Of a stretch of 64,000 bases of DNA, positions 1 through 11,120 are shown piece after piece. Source of the DNA: an uncultured Candidatus Saccharibacteria bacterium (GTDB lineage: Bacteria; Patescibacteriota; Saccharimonadia; Saccharimonadales; UBA4665); contig CAZBQZ010000003.1 in NCBI GenBank assembly GCA_964494495.1, positions 6,900 to 70,899 on the forward strand, read 5' to 3'. The position numbers and the translations under genes are program-made. The notes below the pieces were generated by a model, which was not told the DNA's origin, ran no database searches, and was given only the letters and a program-made list of their open reading frames with translations. The first letter of the stretch is position 1. Each line of letters begins with the position of its first letter.

Positions 1-1
1 G

Positions 2-703
2 GTGGTTAATGCCGTGGGCAGCACCATCGCCCGCATGACCGACGCTGGCGTCTATTGCCATGCCGGGCCAGAACAGGCTGTGGCTAGCACCAAAGCATTC
101 ATTGCCCAAGTACTGGTGCTGATGCAAATTGCCCTCTTCCTGGGCCGCGACCGCTCGCCACACTACAACGATCTGTTGCACGAAATCGAATCGCTTCCTG
201 CCAAGGCCGAAGTTGTCTTGGCTCAGGCCGACACCATTAAGGCACTGGCCCAAAAGTACAAAGACTACCGCGACTTTTTGTTTATTGGTCGCCGCTACGC
301 CTACCCAACGGCGCTCGAGGGCACACTCAAGCTCAAAGAATGTGCCATTATTCATGCCGAAGGCTTTGCTGCCGGCGAGATGAAGCACGGCCCATTGGCG
401 CTCATTGACGAAAACTTCCCCACACTTGCCCTTGCCGGCAATGGCCCCATGCTTGAAAAAACCATTTCTAACATGCAAGAAATTCGCGCTCGCAAAGGCA
501 AAATTTTGGCCGTAGCCACCGAGGGCAACAAGCTCGTGGCCGCCAACGCCGACGACACCATTTTTATTCCAGCTACCATGGAACAAACCGAACCTATTCT
601 GCAGGCCATTGTCGTCCAGCTGTTTGCCTACTACGTTGCCGTTGCCAAAGGCCTGGACGTTGACCGCCCCCGCAACCTGGCCAAATCCGTCACCGTCGAA
701 TAA
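2..703 (+). CDS. glmS: Glucosamine--fructose-6-phosphate aminotransferase, C-terminal SIS domains (5' truncated by window edge)
   Basis: Motifs HAGPEQAVASTKAF, LEGTLKLKE, HAEGFAAGEMKHGP and terminal DRPRNLAKSVTVE are characteristic of GlmS. Confidence 0.97.
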   Translation: MVNAVGSTIARMTDAGVYCHAGPEQAVASTKAFIAQVLVLMQIALFLGRDRSPHYNDLLHEIESLPAKAEVVLAQADTIKALAQKYKDYRDFLFIGRRYAYPTALEGTLKLKECAIIHAEGFAAGEMKHGPLALIDENFPTLALAGNGPMLEKTISNMQEIRARKGKILAVATEGNKLVAANADDTIFIPATMEQTEPILQAIVVQLFAYYVAVAKGLDVDRPRNLAKSVTVE

Positions 704-733
704 ACCTTTACACCTATTACGACACATTTCTGG

Positions 734-758
734 AATTCCAAGGACCAGCCTTGGAATT
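734..758. repeat. Palindromic hairpin, copy 1 (AATTCCAAGG-ACCAG-CCTTGGAATT), between convergent genes; REP-like element or bidirectional terminator
   Basis: Perfect 10-bp stem with 5-nt loop. The 23-nt core at 735-757 is identical to 39626-39648. Confidence 0.8.
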
Positions 759-835
759 TAGGCTAGGCGGGCGGGTTAATGTGGGAGTGGTTCCAGCATA
801 TCTTAGGGTCTCACCCCATACTATGTGATTTTATG

Positions 836-1930
836 TTATAAGTAGTTTGTTCTGTTTGTATCTTTTAGTATGGTCTGGATATCTTTAATCTTTTCGATTT
901 TTTGCTTTGGTATCACCAGCAGCACATCCTCGGTATCGATAATTACCAAATCTTCTACCCCGGCTACGGCAATGAGTTTGTCGGGACGATCGGTTTTGAC
1001 CAATGTGCCGGTCGTGTCCACGCTCACTAATTTGCCACCATCGTCATAGTTTTCGCGCCCGTCGCCGCCTACAAAGTAGTCGTACACCGAGCCCCAAGTT
1101 CCTACGTCTATCCAACGAAAGGGAAGGAGCACCACGCGGCCATTGCCACTATTAAAAACGTGTTTGGTGACTTCCTCGGTTGGGCCCTTTTCCATAGAAT
1201 CATAAATTTTGGCAATGGCGGCGTCTTCGCCGGGCTTGTCAAAAGCGGCCTTAATTTTCATAAGAGCGCGGTACCAATCGGGACGATATTTTTTGTACGC
1301 CTCTAACATAAGTTCTGGATACCAGGCATAGTGGTTGCTGTGAGTAACGACGCGGTAATTCTCTACCAACTCTTTAGTTTGGCGATAGCTTGAGCTGCGA
1401 TAGATAAACTCGGCCACCTCGTATACTTCTTGCGCGCCACTGCCACGCACCTGGCTGCTCAGCTTAAAATAGTCGATGCCCATGTTGGGCTCGGTGGCTT
1501 TTACACCGCCGGTTAGCAACTTTTTATCCTGCTCTACCAGCTTGCCCACATCGGCAATCATGGTCAAAAATGCTTCTTCGGGCTGGCGTATGCAGTCGGA
1601 CTGCACCATAAAGAATGGCTCGTTGGGGTGCTGCACGCTCAAACGCAAGAACGCTAAGCCCTCGCCTGGGCCCCGGTCTTTGACGGCGTCTGGCTCTACA
1701 ATATAATTTTTGAGTGGAATTTGGGGTGATTGCTCGGACACATACTTGATAAATTTACGCTTGGTAGAGATAAAAATATCTTCGGGGGCATACACCTTGA
1801 GCAATGTGTGTATGGTTTCGGCATAGGGAGATTGCTCGCCAATAATGGCCTGAAATTGTTTGGGCTTGTCCTCGCGCGAGTACGGCCACATTTTAGTGCC
1901 TTGACCGCCGGCTATAACAATAATCTTCAT
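836..1930 (-). CDS. manC: Mannose-1-phosphate guanylyltransferase family nucleotidyltransferase
   Basis: N-terminal IIVIAGGQGTKMWPYSR..KPKQF, WIDVGTWGS motif and C-terminal GVEDLVIIDTEDVLLV beta-helix-like segment. Confidence 0.88.
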   Translation of the reverse strand: MKIIVIAGGQGTKMWPYSREDKPKQFQAIIGEQSPYAETIHTLLKVYAPEDIFISTKRKFIKYVSEQSPQIPLKNYIVEPDAVKDRGPGEGLAFLRLSVQHPNEPFFMVQSDCIRQPEEAFLTMIADVGKLVEQDKKLLTGGVKATEPNMGIDYFKLSSQVRGSGAQEVYEVAEFIYRSSSYRQTKELVENYRVVTHSNHYAWYPELMLEAYKKYRPDWYRALMKIKAAFDKPGEDAAIAKIYDSMEKGPTEEVTKHVFNSGNGRVVLLPFRWIDVGTWGSVYDYFVGGDGRENYDDGGKLVSVDTTGTLVKTDRPDKLIAVAGVEDLVIIDTEDVLLVIPKQKIEKIKDIQTILKDTNRTNYL

Positions 1931-1985
1931 ATTTGCCTCTCCCCCATTAGAGCGTTACGGCTTCTATCATAACAGATGCTATTAT

Positions 1986-2951
1986 ATGGCAATGGATCAT
2001 CCTCGCCCATTTCTTTCAATTGTTGTACCTGCTTACAACGAGCAAGACAATATTGCCCCGGTATACAACAAACTGCGCCAAGCTATACAAGCCTTTTCCA
2101 GTTACGAGCTCATTTACGTCAATGACGGCAGCCGCGACAACACGCTCCAAGAATTGCGGCGCCTAGCCGACAGCGACAAACACGTGCGCGTCATCAGCTT
2201 TTCGCGCAACTTTGGCAAAGAAGCCGCTACCAGCGCCGGCGTACACTACGCCACCGGTGAAGGTATTTTGATGATGGACGCCGACGGCCAATTCCCAGCC
2301 GAACTCATCCCCCAATTTGTCGAAAAGTGGCAGGCTGGTGCCCAAGTAGTAACCGGCATTCGGGTCGCTAACCGCAAAGAAGGGTTTACCAAAAAACTGG
2401 GGTCTCGGCTCTTTTACAGATTACTCAAAGGGCTAGGTGGCCCGCATATGCAGCCAGGATCAACCGACTTTCGGCTCATCGACCGCTCGGTACAGCAAGA
2501 GTTTGCCCGCCTTACCGAACGCAGTCGCATTACCCGAGGGCTGGTAGATTGGATTGGCTTTGACGAAGCCTACATTTACTTTAAAGCCGACGCGCGCCTG
2601 TCTGGCGACCCAGGCTACAAATTGTCCAAGCTAGTCAAACTAGCCATGAACAGTTTTATATCGCTCAGCTACGCCCCACTGTATTTGTCGGTATATGCCG
2701 GGTTGCTTATTACACCGTTAGCACTCCTAACTGGTTTGTTTATTATTATCGAGCAGCTTATTTTGGGCGATCCCTGGAACCTTAACTTTACCGGTACGGC
2801 CATGCTGGGTATTATGTTGCTGTTTTTCCTGGGCATTTTACTTATTTCGCAAGGGCTCAGCGCGCTGTACATTTCGCATATTCATATCGAGACGCAAAAT
2901 CGGCCGCTGTATATTGTCAACGAACGGCAATCTGTCCGTTTAGATTCCTAA
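1986..2951 (+). CDS. GT2 glycosyltransferase, GtrB/bactoprenol-phosphate transferase type, two C-terminal TM helices
   Basis: LSIVVPAYNE, VNDGSRD, FSRNFGKEAA, MDADGQFP, TDFRLIDR and RPLYIV motifs. Confidence 0.92.
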   Translation: MAMDHPRPFLSIVVPAYNEQDNIAPVYNKLRQAIQAFSSYELIYVNDGSRDNTLQELRRLADSDKHVRVISFSRNFGKEAATSAGVHYATGEGILMMDADGQFPAELIPQFVEKWQAGAQVVTGIRVANRKEGFTKKLGSRLFYRLLKGLGGPHMQPGSTDFRLIDRSVQQEFARLTERSRITRGLVDWIGFDEAYIYFKADARLSGDPGYKLSKLVKLAMNSFISLSYAPLYLSVYAGLLITPLALLTGLFIIIEQLILGDPWNLNFTGTAMLGIMLLFFLGILLISQGLSALYISHIHIETQNRPLYIVNERQSVRLDS

Positions 2952-2972
2952 GATAATCCAAGGAGAGTTACT

Positions 2973-4325
2973 ATGTACGCACTAGACCACATCTTCAAGG
3001 CCTACGACATTAGGGGCAAAGTGGGCAGCGAGCTAACACCTGTTGTTGTTAAACAGGTTGGTCAGGCATTTGCCCAATGGCTGCCCACTAAAGGAGCAGT
3101 AGCTGTTGGCCGCGATATGCGCCCAGACTCCGGTGAGTTGGCTGCAGCACTTATCAAGGGGTTGCGTGAGCAAGGCCGCGATGTGTGGGACATTGGCGAG
3201 GTTACCAGCGACATGATCTATTTTGCCGTTGGCCACAACAAACTCGCTGGCGGGGCAATGATTACTGCTAGCCACAACCCCGGCGAATACAACGGCATTA
3301 AGCTTTGTGGCGAGGGCGCTAGGCCCGTTGGCGAAGACACTGGATTGCTGGATGTGCGCGACTTGGCCGCCGCCAATACTTTTACGCCCGCAACCAAGCA
3401 CGGCGAACACCTTACCAAAGACATCATGGAAGGCTGGATTAGCCACGCCCTGTCATTTATCGACCCCAGCAAACTCAAGCCTTTGCGCGTTGCCATTGAC
3501 GCCGGTAATGGCATGGCTGGCAAAATTATCCCCGAGCTAGAGCCATACGTACCTTTTGAAGTTACCGAACTATATTTTGAGCTAGACGGCACATTTCCTA
3601 ACCACATAGCTAACCCCCTAGAGGCCAAAAATCTTGTAGATCTGCAGGCGGCCATTAAGAAAAATCATTGCGATGTTGGCGTAGCCTTTGACGGGGACGG
3701 CGACCGCGCTGTGTTGATTGACGAGCAGGGCGAGCCGCTCAGTGGCACGGTTATGACCGCGTTGCTAGCCGATTACTTTTTGCGCAAGCACCCCCACAGC
3801 ACCATTCTCCTTAACGCAATCTGTGGTCAGGCCTCTGAAGAGGCAGTCGTTAAAGCCGGTGGCAAAAGCATACGCACCCGCGTGGGCCACTCATTTATTA
3901 AGGCCGACATGCGCACGCACAACGGATTGTTTGCCGGCGAGCACAGCGGACACTACTACTTTAAAAACAACTTTAATGCCGACAGCGGCCTGATTGCCGC
4001 CGTTATCGGCCTGTATATCTTGAGTCTCAGCGGCAAGCCACTTTCCGCGCTGGCAGCACCATACCGCCAAGCCTACCAGCAAATTGCCGAAACCAACTTT
4101 ACTGTAGAAGACAAAGACGCCATTATCGAAAAAATTGCCGCCGCCTTCCCAGACGTACCGCAAGAACGGCTGGATGGTCTTACTGTACACACTAGCAAAA
4201 CCACCTGGTTTAATGTCCGCCCCAGCAACACCGAACCACTACTACGCTTAAATGCCGAGGCCAAAACGCAAGCGGCCCTCGACACGTTGGTTGCCAAAGT
4301 AAGCAGCATTATTACTCAGGTCTAA
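2973..4325 (+). CDS. manB: Phosphomannomutase/phosphoglucomutase
   Basis: FKAYDIRG, ITASHNP, FDGDGDR, GEHSGH and RPSNTEP motifs; AAGGAG SD upstream. Confidence 0.95.
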   Translation: MYALDHIFKAYDIRGKVGSELTPVVVKQVGQAFAQWLPTKGAVAVGRDMRPDSGELAAALIKGLREQGRDVWDIGEVTSDMIYFAVGHNKLAGGAMITASHNPGEYNGIKLCGEGARPVGEDTGLLDVRDLAAANTFTPATKHGEHLTKDIMEGWISHALSFIDPSKLKPLRVAIDAGNGMAGKIIPELEPYVPFEVTELYFELDGTFPNHIANPLEAKNLVDLQAAIKKNHCDVGVAFDGDGDRAVLIDEQGEPLSGTVMTALLADYFLRKHPHSTILLNAICGQASEEAVVKAGGKSIRTRVGHSFIKADMRTHNGLFAGEHSGHYYFKNNFNADSGLIAAVIGLYILSLSGKPLSALAAPYRQAYQQIAETNFTVEDKDAIIEKIAAAFPDVPQERLDGLTVHTSKTTWFNVRPSNTEPLLRLNAEAKTQAALDTLVAKVSSIITQV

Positions 4326-4335
4326 GGAGATATCT

Positions 4336-4869
4336 ATGGGTAAATGGCGGCACGTTAGTTCTGAAAATGTACATACGAATCCGTTTTATGCTGTTCGACG
4401 CGACGAAGTTATCCGGCCCGATGGTAAAAAGGGCACCTAGCACGTAGTCGAAGTGCCGCGCAGTGTGTTTATTGTTGCGCAAGCCGCCGGCGGCATACTG
4501 TTTGAGCGGCAATTCCGTTACCCCACCCAGATGGACTCATGGGAGATCCCAGCTGGCGGTATCGAGCCGGGCGAAGACTCGCTCCGGGCCGCCCAGCGCG
4601 AACTCCAAGAAGAAACCGGCTACACAGCCGACCAATGGGAGCACCTAGGCGAAATGCAGACATCCAATAGCCGAACTAACGGCATGGGCGATGTCTATTT
4701 TTGCCACGGTCTGACGCACATCGGCAACGACGCTCAAACCGAAGAAGGCATCACTACGCTGCGCGAAATCCCCACGCCCCAAGTTATGGCCATGATTGCC
4801 ACCGGCCAGATTACCGACGCTATGACACTGGCCCCACTTATGCTGGCCATTGCCCAAGGCAAAATATAG
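4336..4869 (+). pseudogene. ADP-ribose pyrophosphatase-like NUDIX hydrolase interrupted by an in-frame TAG at 4438-4440
   Basis: AAGGAG SD (4324-4329) precedes ATG 4336. The frame reads MGKWRHVSSENVHTNPFYAVRRDEVIRPDGKKGT*HVVEVPRS..., in frame with the track ORF 4453..4869. The NUDIX box GGIEPGEDSLRAAQRELQEETG is intact downstream. Confidence 0.8.
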
Positions 4870-4895
4870 ACAGTGGCTTTGGTATACTGCTAGGT

Positions 4896-6484
<1,589 letters not shown>

Positions 6485-6486
6485 AC

Positions 6487-7095
6487 ATGAGCGATCACAC
6501 ACCATGGCAACCAGTTGCGCAGGATCTGACTGCCCGGGCTACAAACATCCCTGGTCTGTTTGAATTTCAGCTGGATGTCCGCGGCGATAACCGCGGCTGG
6601 TTTAAAGAAAACTTTCAGCAAACCAAAATGCTGGCCGCATTAGATGCCATACATGCCGAGAACCGCGAGCTTATCAACAATTTTACGATTATCCAAAACA
6701 ACGTGTCGTTTAACAAAGAGTCCGGCGTTGCTCGTGGCATTCACGCCGAACCATGGGACAAATATATATCGATAGTTAACGGTGAGGCATTTGCGGCAGT
6801 TGTCGACTTGCGCAAGGGCGATACATTTGGCGTGGTCGAGACCTTTCGTCTTACTCCCAACAACGCCATCTTTGTACCGCGCGGCTGCGGCAATTCGTAC
6901 CAGGCGCTCACCCCGGACCTCGTATACACTTACCTGGTTAACGCTCACTGGTCGCCCGACGCTAAATATACGTTTGTAAACATGCGCGACCCCGAACTTA
7001 GCATCCAATGGCCGCTACCTATTACCGATGAGCTAATCTCGGACAAAGACAAAGCCCACCCCATACTTAAAGACGTAACCCCATTCGAGGCATAA
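6487..7095 (+). CDS. rmlC: dTDP-4-dehydrorhamnose 3,5-epimerase
   Basis: DNRGWFKENF, RGIHAEPWDKY, VVDLR and ISDKD motifs. Confidence 0.94.
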   Translation: MSDHTPWQPVAQDLTARATNIPGLFEFQLDVRGDNRGWFKENFQQTKMLAALDAIHAENRELINNFTIIQNNVSFNKESGVARGIHAEPWDKYISIVNGEAFAAVVDLRKGDTFGVVETFRLTPNNAIFVPRGCGNSYQALTPDLVYTYLVNAHWSPDAKYTFVNMRDPELSIQWPLPITDELISDKDKAHPILKDVTPFEA

Positions 7096-7102
7096 ACAAC
7101 AT

Positions 7103-7969
7103 ATGGACGACTCACGCATACTTATCATTGGCGCCTATGGACAGCTGGGCAAAGCGCTTAACGCACAATACCCCAACGCCATTGCCGTCGACCGCGACAG
7201 CTTCGACATGACCGATTGGGCCATGGTAGAGACCTACGATTGGTCAAAAATAGACATCATCATCAACGCTGCTGCCTACACCAATGTAGATGGCGCCGAA
7301 ACAGCCGAAGGCCGCGAGGCTTCGTGGAAAATTAATGCCACTGGCCCAGGATACCTAGCCAAAGTAGCTGCCGCACACGATATTACCTTGGTGCACGTCT
7401 CTAGCGATTACGTCTTTGATGGCACCAAAACTCCACATACCGAAGCCGAGGCCTACACACCCCTTGGCGTCTACGGCCAAAGCAAAGCTGCTGGCGATAT
7501 TGCCGTTAGTATTGCACCTAAGCACTACATTGCTCGTACCACATGGCTAATTGGTGATGGCCCCAACTTTGTGCGTACCATGATGAGTCTGGCCGAACGC
7601 AACATTTCGCCCACAGTAGTTGACGATCAGATTGGCCGCCTTACCTTTACGCCTGTACTGGTAAGTGCCATTCATCAACTACTTAGTACCAAAGCTGCCT
7701 ACGGTATTTACAATGCCACCAACGATGGCAAGCCCGCTAGCTGGGCCGAGTTTACTCGTCAGATCTTTACCGGTTTGGGTCGTACCGACCTAACCGTCAC
7801 CGGCACCACCACCAAAGAATATTTTGCCAGCAAAGAGGGTATTGCCCCACGCCCGTTGCAAAGCGCAATGGATCTAAGCAAATTAAAAGCAACCGGTCTT
7901 ACCCTGCCCGATTGGCGCGATGACCTCGCAGCTTACATCAAGACAGAGCAAGCTAAGCCAAAGGAGTAG
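7103..7969 (+). CDS. rmlD: dTDP-4-dehydrorhamnose reductase
   Basis: [41 protein letters not shown] and APRP motifs. Confidence 0.95.
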   Translation: MDDSRILIIGAYGQLGKALNAQYPNAIAVDRDSFDMTDWAMVETYDWSKIDIIINAAAYTNVDGAETAEGREASWKINATGPGYLAKVAAAHDITLVHVSSDYVFDGTKTPHTEAEAYTPLGVYGQSKAAGDIAVSIAPKHYIARTTWLIGDGPNFVRTMMSLAERNISPTVVDDQIGRLTFTPVLVSAIHQLLSTKAAYGIYNATNDGKPASWAEFTRQIFTGLGRTDLTVTGTTTKEYFASKEGIAPRPLQSAMDLSKLKATGLTLPDWRDDLAAYIKTEQAKPKE

Positions 7970-7970
7970 C

Positions 7971-8837
7971 ATGAAAGGTATTATTTTAGCTGGTGGATCC
8001 GGCACACGTTTATACCCTATTACCAAAGGCATTTCCAAACAACTAATGCCCATTTACGACAAACCCATGGTGTACTATCCACTCAGCACGCTGATGATGG
8101 CGGGCATTCGCGAAATCCTAATTATAACCACTCCCGACGACCAACCACAGTTCAAACGTCTGTTAGGCGATGGTTCACAACTAGGCTGTCGTTTTGAGTA
8201 TGCCGTGCAGCCCGAGCCCAAAGGCTTGGCCGAAGCATTTATCATCGGCGAAGATTTTATTGGTGACGACAAAGTCGCATTAGTACTAGGAGACAATATC
8301 TTTTATGGCCACGGATTTGGCGACAGTCTCAAGCACTGCACCGATCCAGATGGGGGTGTCGTTTTTGCCTACCCTGTAGCCGACCCAGAGCGTTATGGTG
8401 TAGTAGAGTTTAACCGAGAAATGCAAGCGGTTTCTATTGAAGAAAAACCGGCCGAGCCCAAAAGCAACTATGCCGTGGTAGGCTTGTACTTCTACGATAA
8501 CGACGTAGTACAAATTGCCAAAACCATCCAACCAAGCAACCGTGGCGAACTAGAGATCACTGCAGTCAACGACGCATACCTGCAAAGCGGCACACTTAAG
8601 GTGCAAACCATGGATCGCGGCACGGCCTGGCTAGACACTGGTACATTTGCCTCAATGAATGATGCCTCGCAGTTTGTAGAGGTTATCGAAAAACGCACCG
8701 GCCTCAAAGTCGGCTGCATCGAAGAAATAGCCTGGCAAGAAGGCTATATAGACGATGGCCAGCTTGTAGATCTTTCCGAAGAACTTACAAAAAGTGGCTA
8801 CGGTCAGTATCTCACCAGTCTACTTACCAAAGACTAG
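7971..8837 (+). CDS. rmlA: Glucose-1-phosphate thymidylyltransferase
   Basis: [40 protein letters not shown] and AWLDTGT motifs; AAGGAG SD before ATG 7971. Confidence 0.97.
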   Translation: MKGIILAGGSGTRLYPITKGISKQLMPIYDKPMVYYPLSTLMMAGIREILIITTPDDQPQFKRLLGDGSQLGCRFEYAVQPEPKGLAEAFIIGEDFIGDDKVALVLGDNIFYGHGFGDSLKHCTDPDGGVVFAYPVADPERYGVVEFNREMQAVSIEEKPAEPKSNYAVVGLYFYDNDVVQIAKTIQPSNRGELEITAVNDAYLQSGTLKVQTMDRGTAWLDTGTFASMNDASQFVEVIEKRTGLKVGCIEEIAWQEGYIDDGQLVDLSEELTKSGYGQYLTSLLTKD

Positions 8838-8951
8838 TCCTTGTATTCCTGGCCGCAACAATATGTCGAGCATAGCCAGTATCAAGCACTGCGAAAGCGG
8901 ATATGGTAGCATGAGTAGGAATAGTTTTGGTGCAGGAGCCCGTAAACACGC

Positions 8952-9380
8952 ATGGAAGTCGTAAAAAATATTACCAAACAACTCTATCGCCACTCGCTGG
9001 TGCGCTATGTTGTCATTGGCGGCACTACGTTTTGCTTAGATTTTTTTCTGCTAGTGCTGCTGCACGGTGTACTGCACGTTAACTTATTAATCGCCGCCAC
9101 CATATCGTATTGGTCGTCGATTGCTTTTAACTTCCTGGCTAACCGCTTTTGGACGTTTGAGGCCACCGAAACGCACATCGCAAAACATGCCGCAGCCTAC
9201 GGCATACTACTTGGCTTTAACTACCTGTTTACGCTTGTATTCATTACAGTTGGCACTCACCTTGGCCTCAAATACACCGTCGCCAAAATACTCTCGGTGG
9301 CCGTCCAAATGTCCTGGACCTACCTAGCCTACAAAAAAATCATCTTCAAAAAGCCTTCCCCACAGCCAGCAACAGACTAA
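8952..9380 (+). CDS. GtrA-family lipid-linked sugar flippase
   Basis: 142 aa, four TM segments, RYVVIGG...FNFLANRFWTF...AKI pattern. Confidence 0.88.
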   Translation: MEVVKNITKQLYRHSLVRYVVIGGTTFCLDFFLLVLLHGVLHVNLLIAATISYWSSIAFNFLANRFWTFEATETHIAKHAAAYGILLGFNYLFTLVFITVGTHLGLKYTVAKILSVAVQMSWTYLAYKKIIFKKPSPQPATD

Positions 9381-9409
9381 CCGACCGGTGTTTCTAATCT
9401 GTTAAATAC

Positions 9410-9438
9410 TAGACAATCTGCGTACAAACAGGTATGCT
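9410..9438 (+). promoter_or_regulatory. sigma70-type promoter TAGACA-N17-TATGCT
   Basis: -35 at 9410-9415, -10 at 9433-9438; GAGG SD at 9461-9464 before ATG 9470. Confidence 0.6.
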
Positions 9439-9469
9439 GGCATACATATTTAAGTGTCGTGAGGTTTTT

Positions 9470-10126
9470 ATGGGTTTATCAGCTTTTTCTACAGCCGAAC
9501 TAGCAGCAGAGTTACAGACGCGGGAGTTTCCTAACGAAAAAGGTATGCTTGACAGTGGGCTCTACCAACTTGCTGGTGGCCTAAGTGTGCGCTTCGCTGT
9601 AGATGGCGCACCAGCTCGGCTCAATGACGAAGGCGAAGTTGAGCTAATGGCTATTGTCCGCGGCACGGGCCCCTATACCGGCAAGCTATGTTTGGTTGGT
9701 GGTGGCGTGGGGTGGACGCCTGACGGCAAGGGCAGCTGGGAGCCAGAAAGCGTCAAGGAAGCTTTGACGCGTCACTTTACTACAGATCTCGGTACTACCG
9801 CTCATCCGCTTTCTGGCGACTACTCTCGCCCAGACTATCTGGCGCAAGATATGGCGCCCCGAGATGACGGCAGCGTTAAAGAAGACTTCTGTCCTAACCC
9901 CAACGCCCGACACCTGGTTGCGGCTCGATTTGTCGTGGGCCTAGAGAATGAACCTACGCAGTTTGGTTCCACCACTCTGGGTGGTCAAGAGGCAAGTGAC
10001 GTGCGCTGGTTTACCGAACGCACCATGCCAGGTAGCGAAGCATTTGGCTACAATCATGGCGAAACCTACGCGCGCTTCTTCCCTATCGCCGGACAGTACC
10101 TTGGTGCGGCTGCAATCGTGCGATAA
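9470..10126 (+). CDS. NUDIX-fold hypothetical protein (DUF4916/NrtR-like N-terminus)
   Basis: AVDGAPARLNDEGEVELMAIVRGTGPYTGKLCLVGGGV resembles NUDIX strands with a P..G..L.GG motif; the canonical REUXEE is absent. The track start at 9434 lies inside the -10 box. Confidence 0.5.
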   Translation: MGLSAFSTAELAAELQTREFPNEKGMLDSGLYQLAGGLSVRFAVDGAPARLNDEGEVELMAIVRGTGPYTGKLCLVGGGVGWTPDGKGSWEPESVKEALTRHFTTDLGTTAHPLSGDYSRPDYLAQDMAPRDDGSVKEDFCPNPNARHLVAARFVVGLENEPTQFGSTTLGGQEASDVRWFTERTMPGSEAFGYNHGETYARFFPIAGQYLGAAAIVR

Positions 10127-10188
10127 GGTGCTGTGTTATAACCTCACTTTCTAGATAACACAGACCTAATATCTACCACATCATAATA

Positions 10189-10217
10189 TTCATAAAAATA
10201 TACTAGTATTGTATAAT
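10189..10217 (+). promoter_or_regulatory. Leaderless-type promoter TTCATA-N17-TATAAT
   Basis: -10 at 10212-10217, 7 nt before GTG 10225; no SD. Confidence 0.6.
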
Positions 10218-10224
10218 ATACCTA

Positions 10225-11118
10225 GTGTCTATTTTCAGTTCCATGAAAGCTAATCGTCTTCAAGCTCGTCTACCCTTAGGCGAGGCGGTTCCCCTTGATA
10301 ATAACAATCGTTCTTTGTCTATGCCCGGCGGCAACAGGCAGGGTTGGCTTGTTGCTAACGACGTAGCTATCAAACACGTTGTACAAGTGGGCGCAGCATA
10401 CACTCCATGGCCCACCCGGGGCAAAAAGTCAGTAGCCCTTATTGTTGGGAATGGTTTTGTTAATTCAATCCTGCCTGAAGTTCCCACTGATCACGTGCTC
10501 TTAGTCGACAAATCGTCCAATGTGCTTAGATGGCAACAGCGCTGTGGACGTATTTTATTGCAAGCTACGGATGCTCAGCAGTACCGACGACAAGTGGTTG
10601 CCGACGATGATCCTTTGAGCAAAGATCTAGACCAACGGGCCCGGGGTCATCTACATAGAAGGTACCGTGGGCGCCCGTGGGAGCAACCAGAGCACCGCCA
10701 CCCAGCAGCGGATTGGTTAGAGGGTGAGGCCGAACGCCTTGAGGAACTCCATTTTTTGAGCAGCCCAACTAGATATGCAGCATGCCAGGAAGACTACAAA
10801 CAAAAAAGACCGGTGCTTGCCCAAGTCGATCTGACAAGCGATACCGGCATGACTCGTCTAAGTGATACCTTGGCCGACCACAATCTACAAATTACCTACA
10901 CCAACCTTACCAATGTGCACGAATGGACTGACGATGCATATGGACAGTATATGCAACTATTGGGCAGCCTACCCTTCCATACGGATGCCTTTGTTGGATT
11001 CTCGCAACTCCATAATGATCTCGTAGTGCCTGGTAGCGACATATGGCCAGTAGCCACATGGACTACAGGGCTCGACAACTATGCAGCCCTCACTGCCGAA
11101 CAAATGTCAGGTTGGTAG
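10225..11118 (+). CDS. Hypothetical protein, possibly a Rossmannoid SAM-binding-like fold
   Basis: 297-aa ORF with its own promoter. VALIVGNG..VLLVDKS and HFLSS...QVDLT...ITYTNLTNV patterns only weakly suggest a methyltransferase-like fold. Confidence 0.55.
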   Translation: MSIFSSMKANRLQARLPLGEAVPLDNNNRSLSMPGGNRQGWLVANDVAIKHVVQVGAAYTPWPTRGKKSVALIVGNGFVNSILPEVPTDHVLLVDKSSNVLRWQQRCGRILLQATDAQQYRRQVVADDDPLSKDLDQRARGHLHRRYRGRPWEQPEHRHPAADWLEGEAERLEELHFLSSPTRYAACQEDYKQKRPVLAQVDLTSDTGMTRLSDTLADHNLQITYTNLTNVHEWTDDAYGQYMQLLGSLPFHTDAFVGFSQLHNDLVVPGSDIWPVATWTTGLDNYAALTAEQMSGW

Positions 11119-11120
11119 CT

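Noticed and set aside
759-835. Possible small structured RNA downstream of the first hairpin
   Set aside because: Only weak, imperfect complementarity (GGGAG/CTCAC region) and no recognisable family motif.
4438-4440. Genome-wide TAG recoding suggested by the in-frame TAG
   Set aside because: TAG cleanly terminates well-conserved genes (rmlA 8837, uxs 11753, epimerase 15172, dnaN 46061, recF 47613), and no other interrupted gene was found.
4701-4895. N-terminal extension of the Gmm-like ORF in the track
   Set aside because: Overlaps the NUDIX gene in another frame; TATACT-N7-ATG supports the start at 4896.
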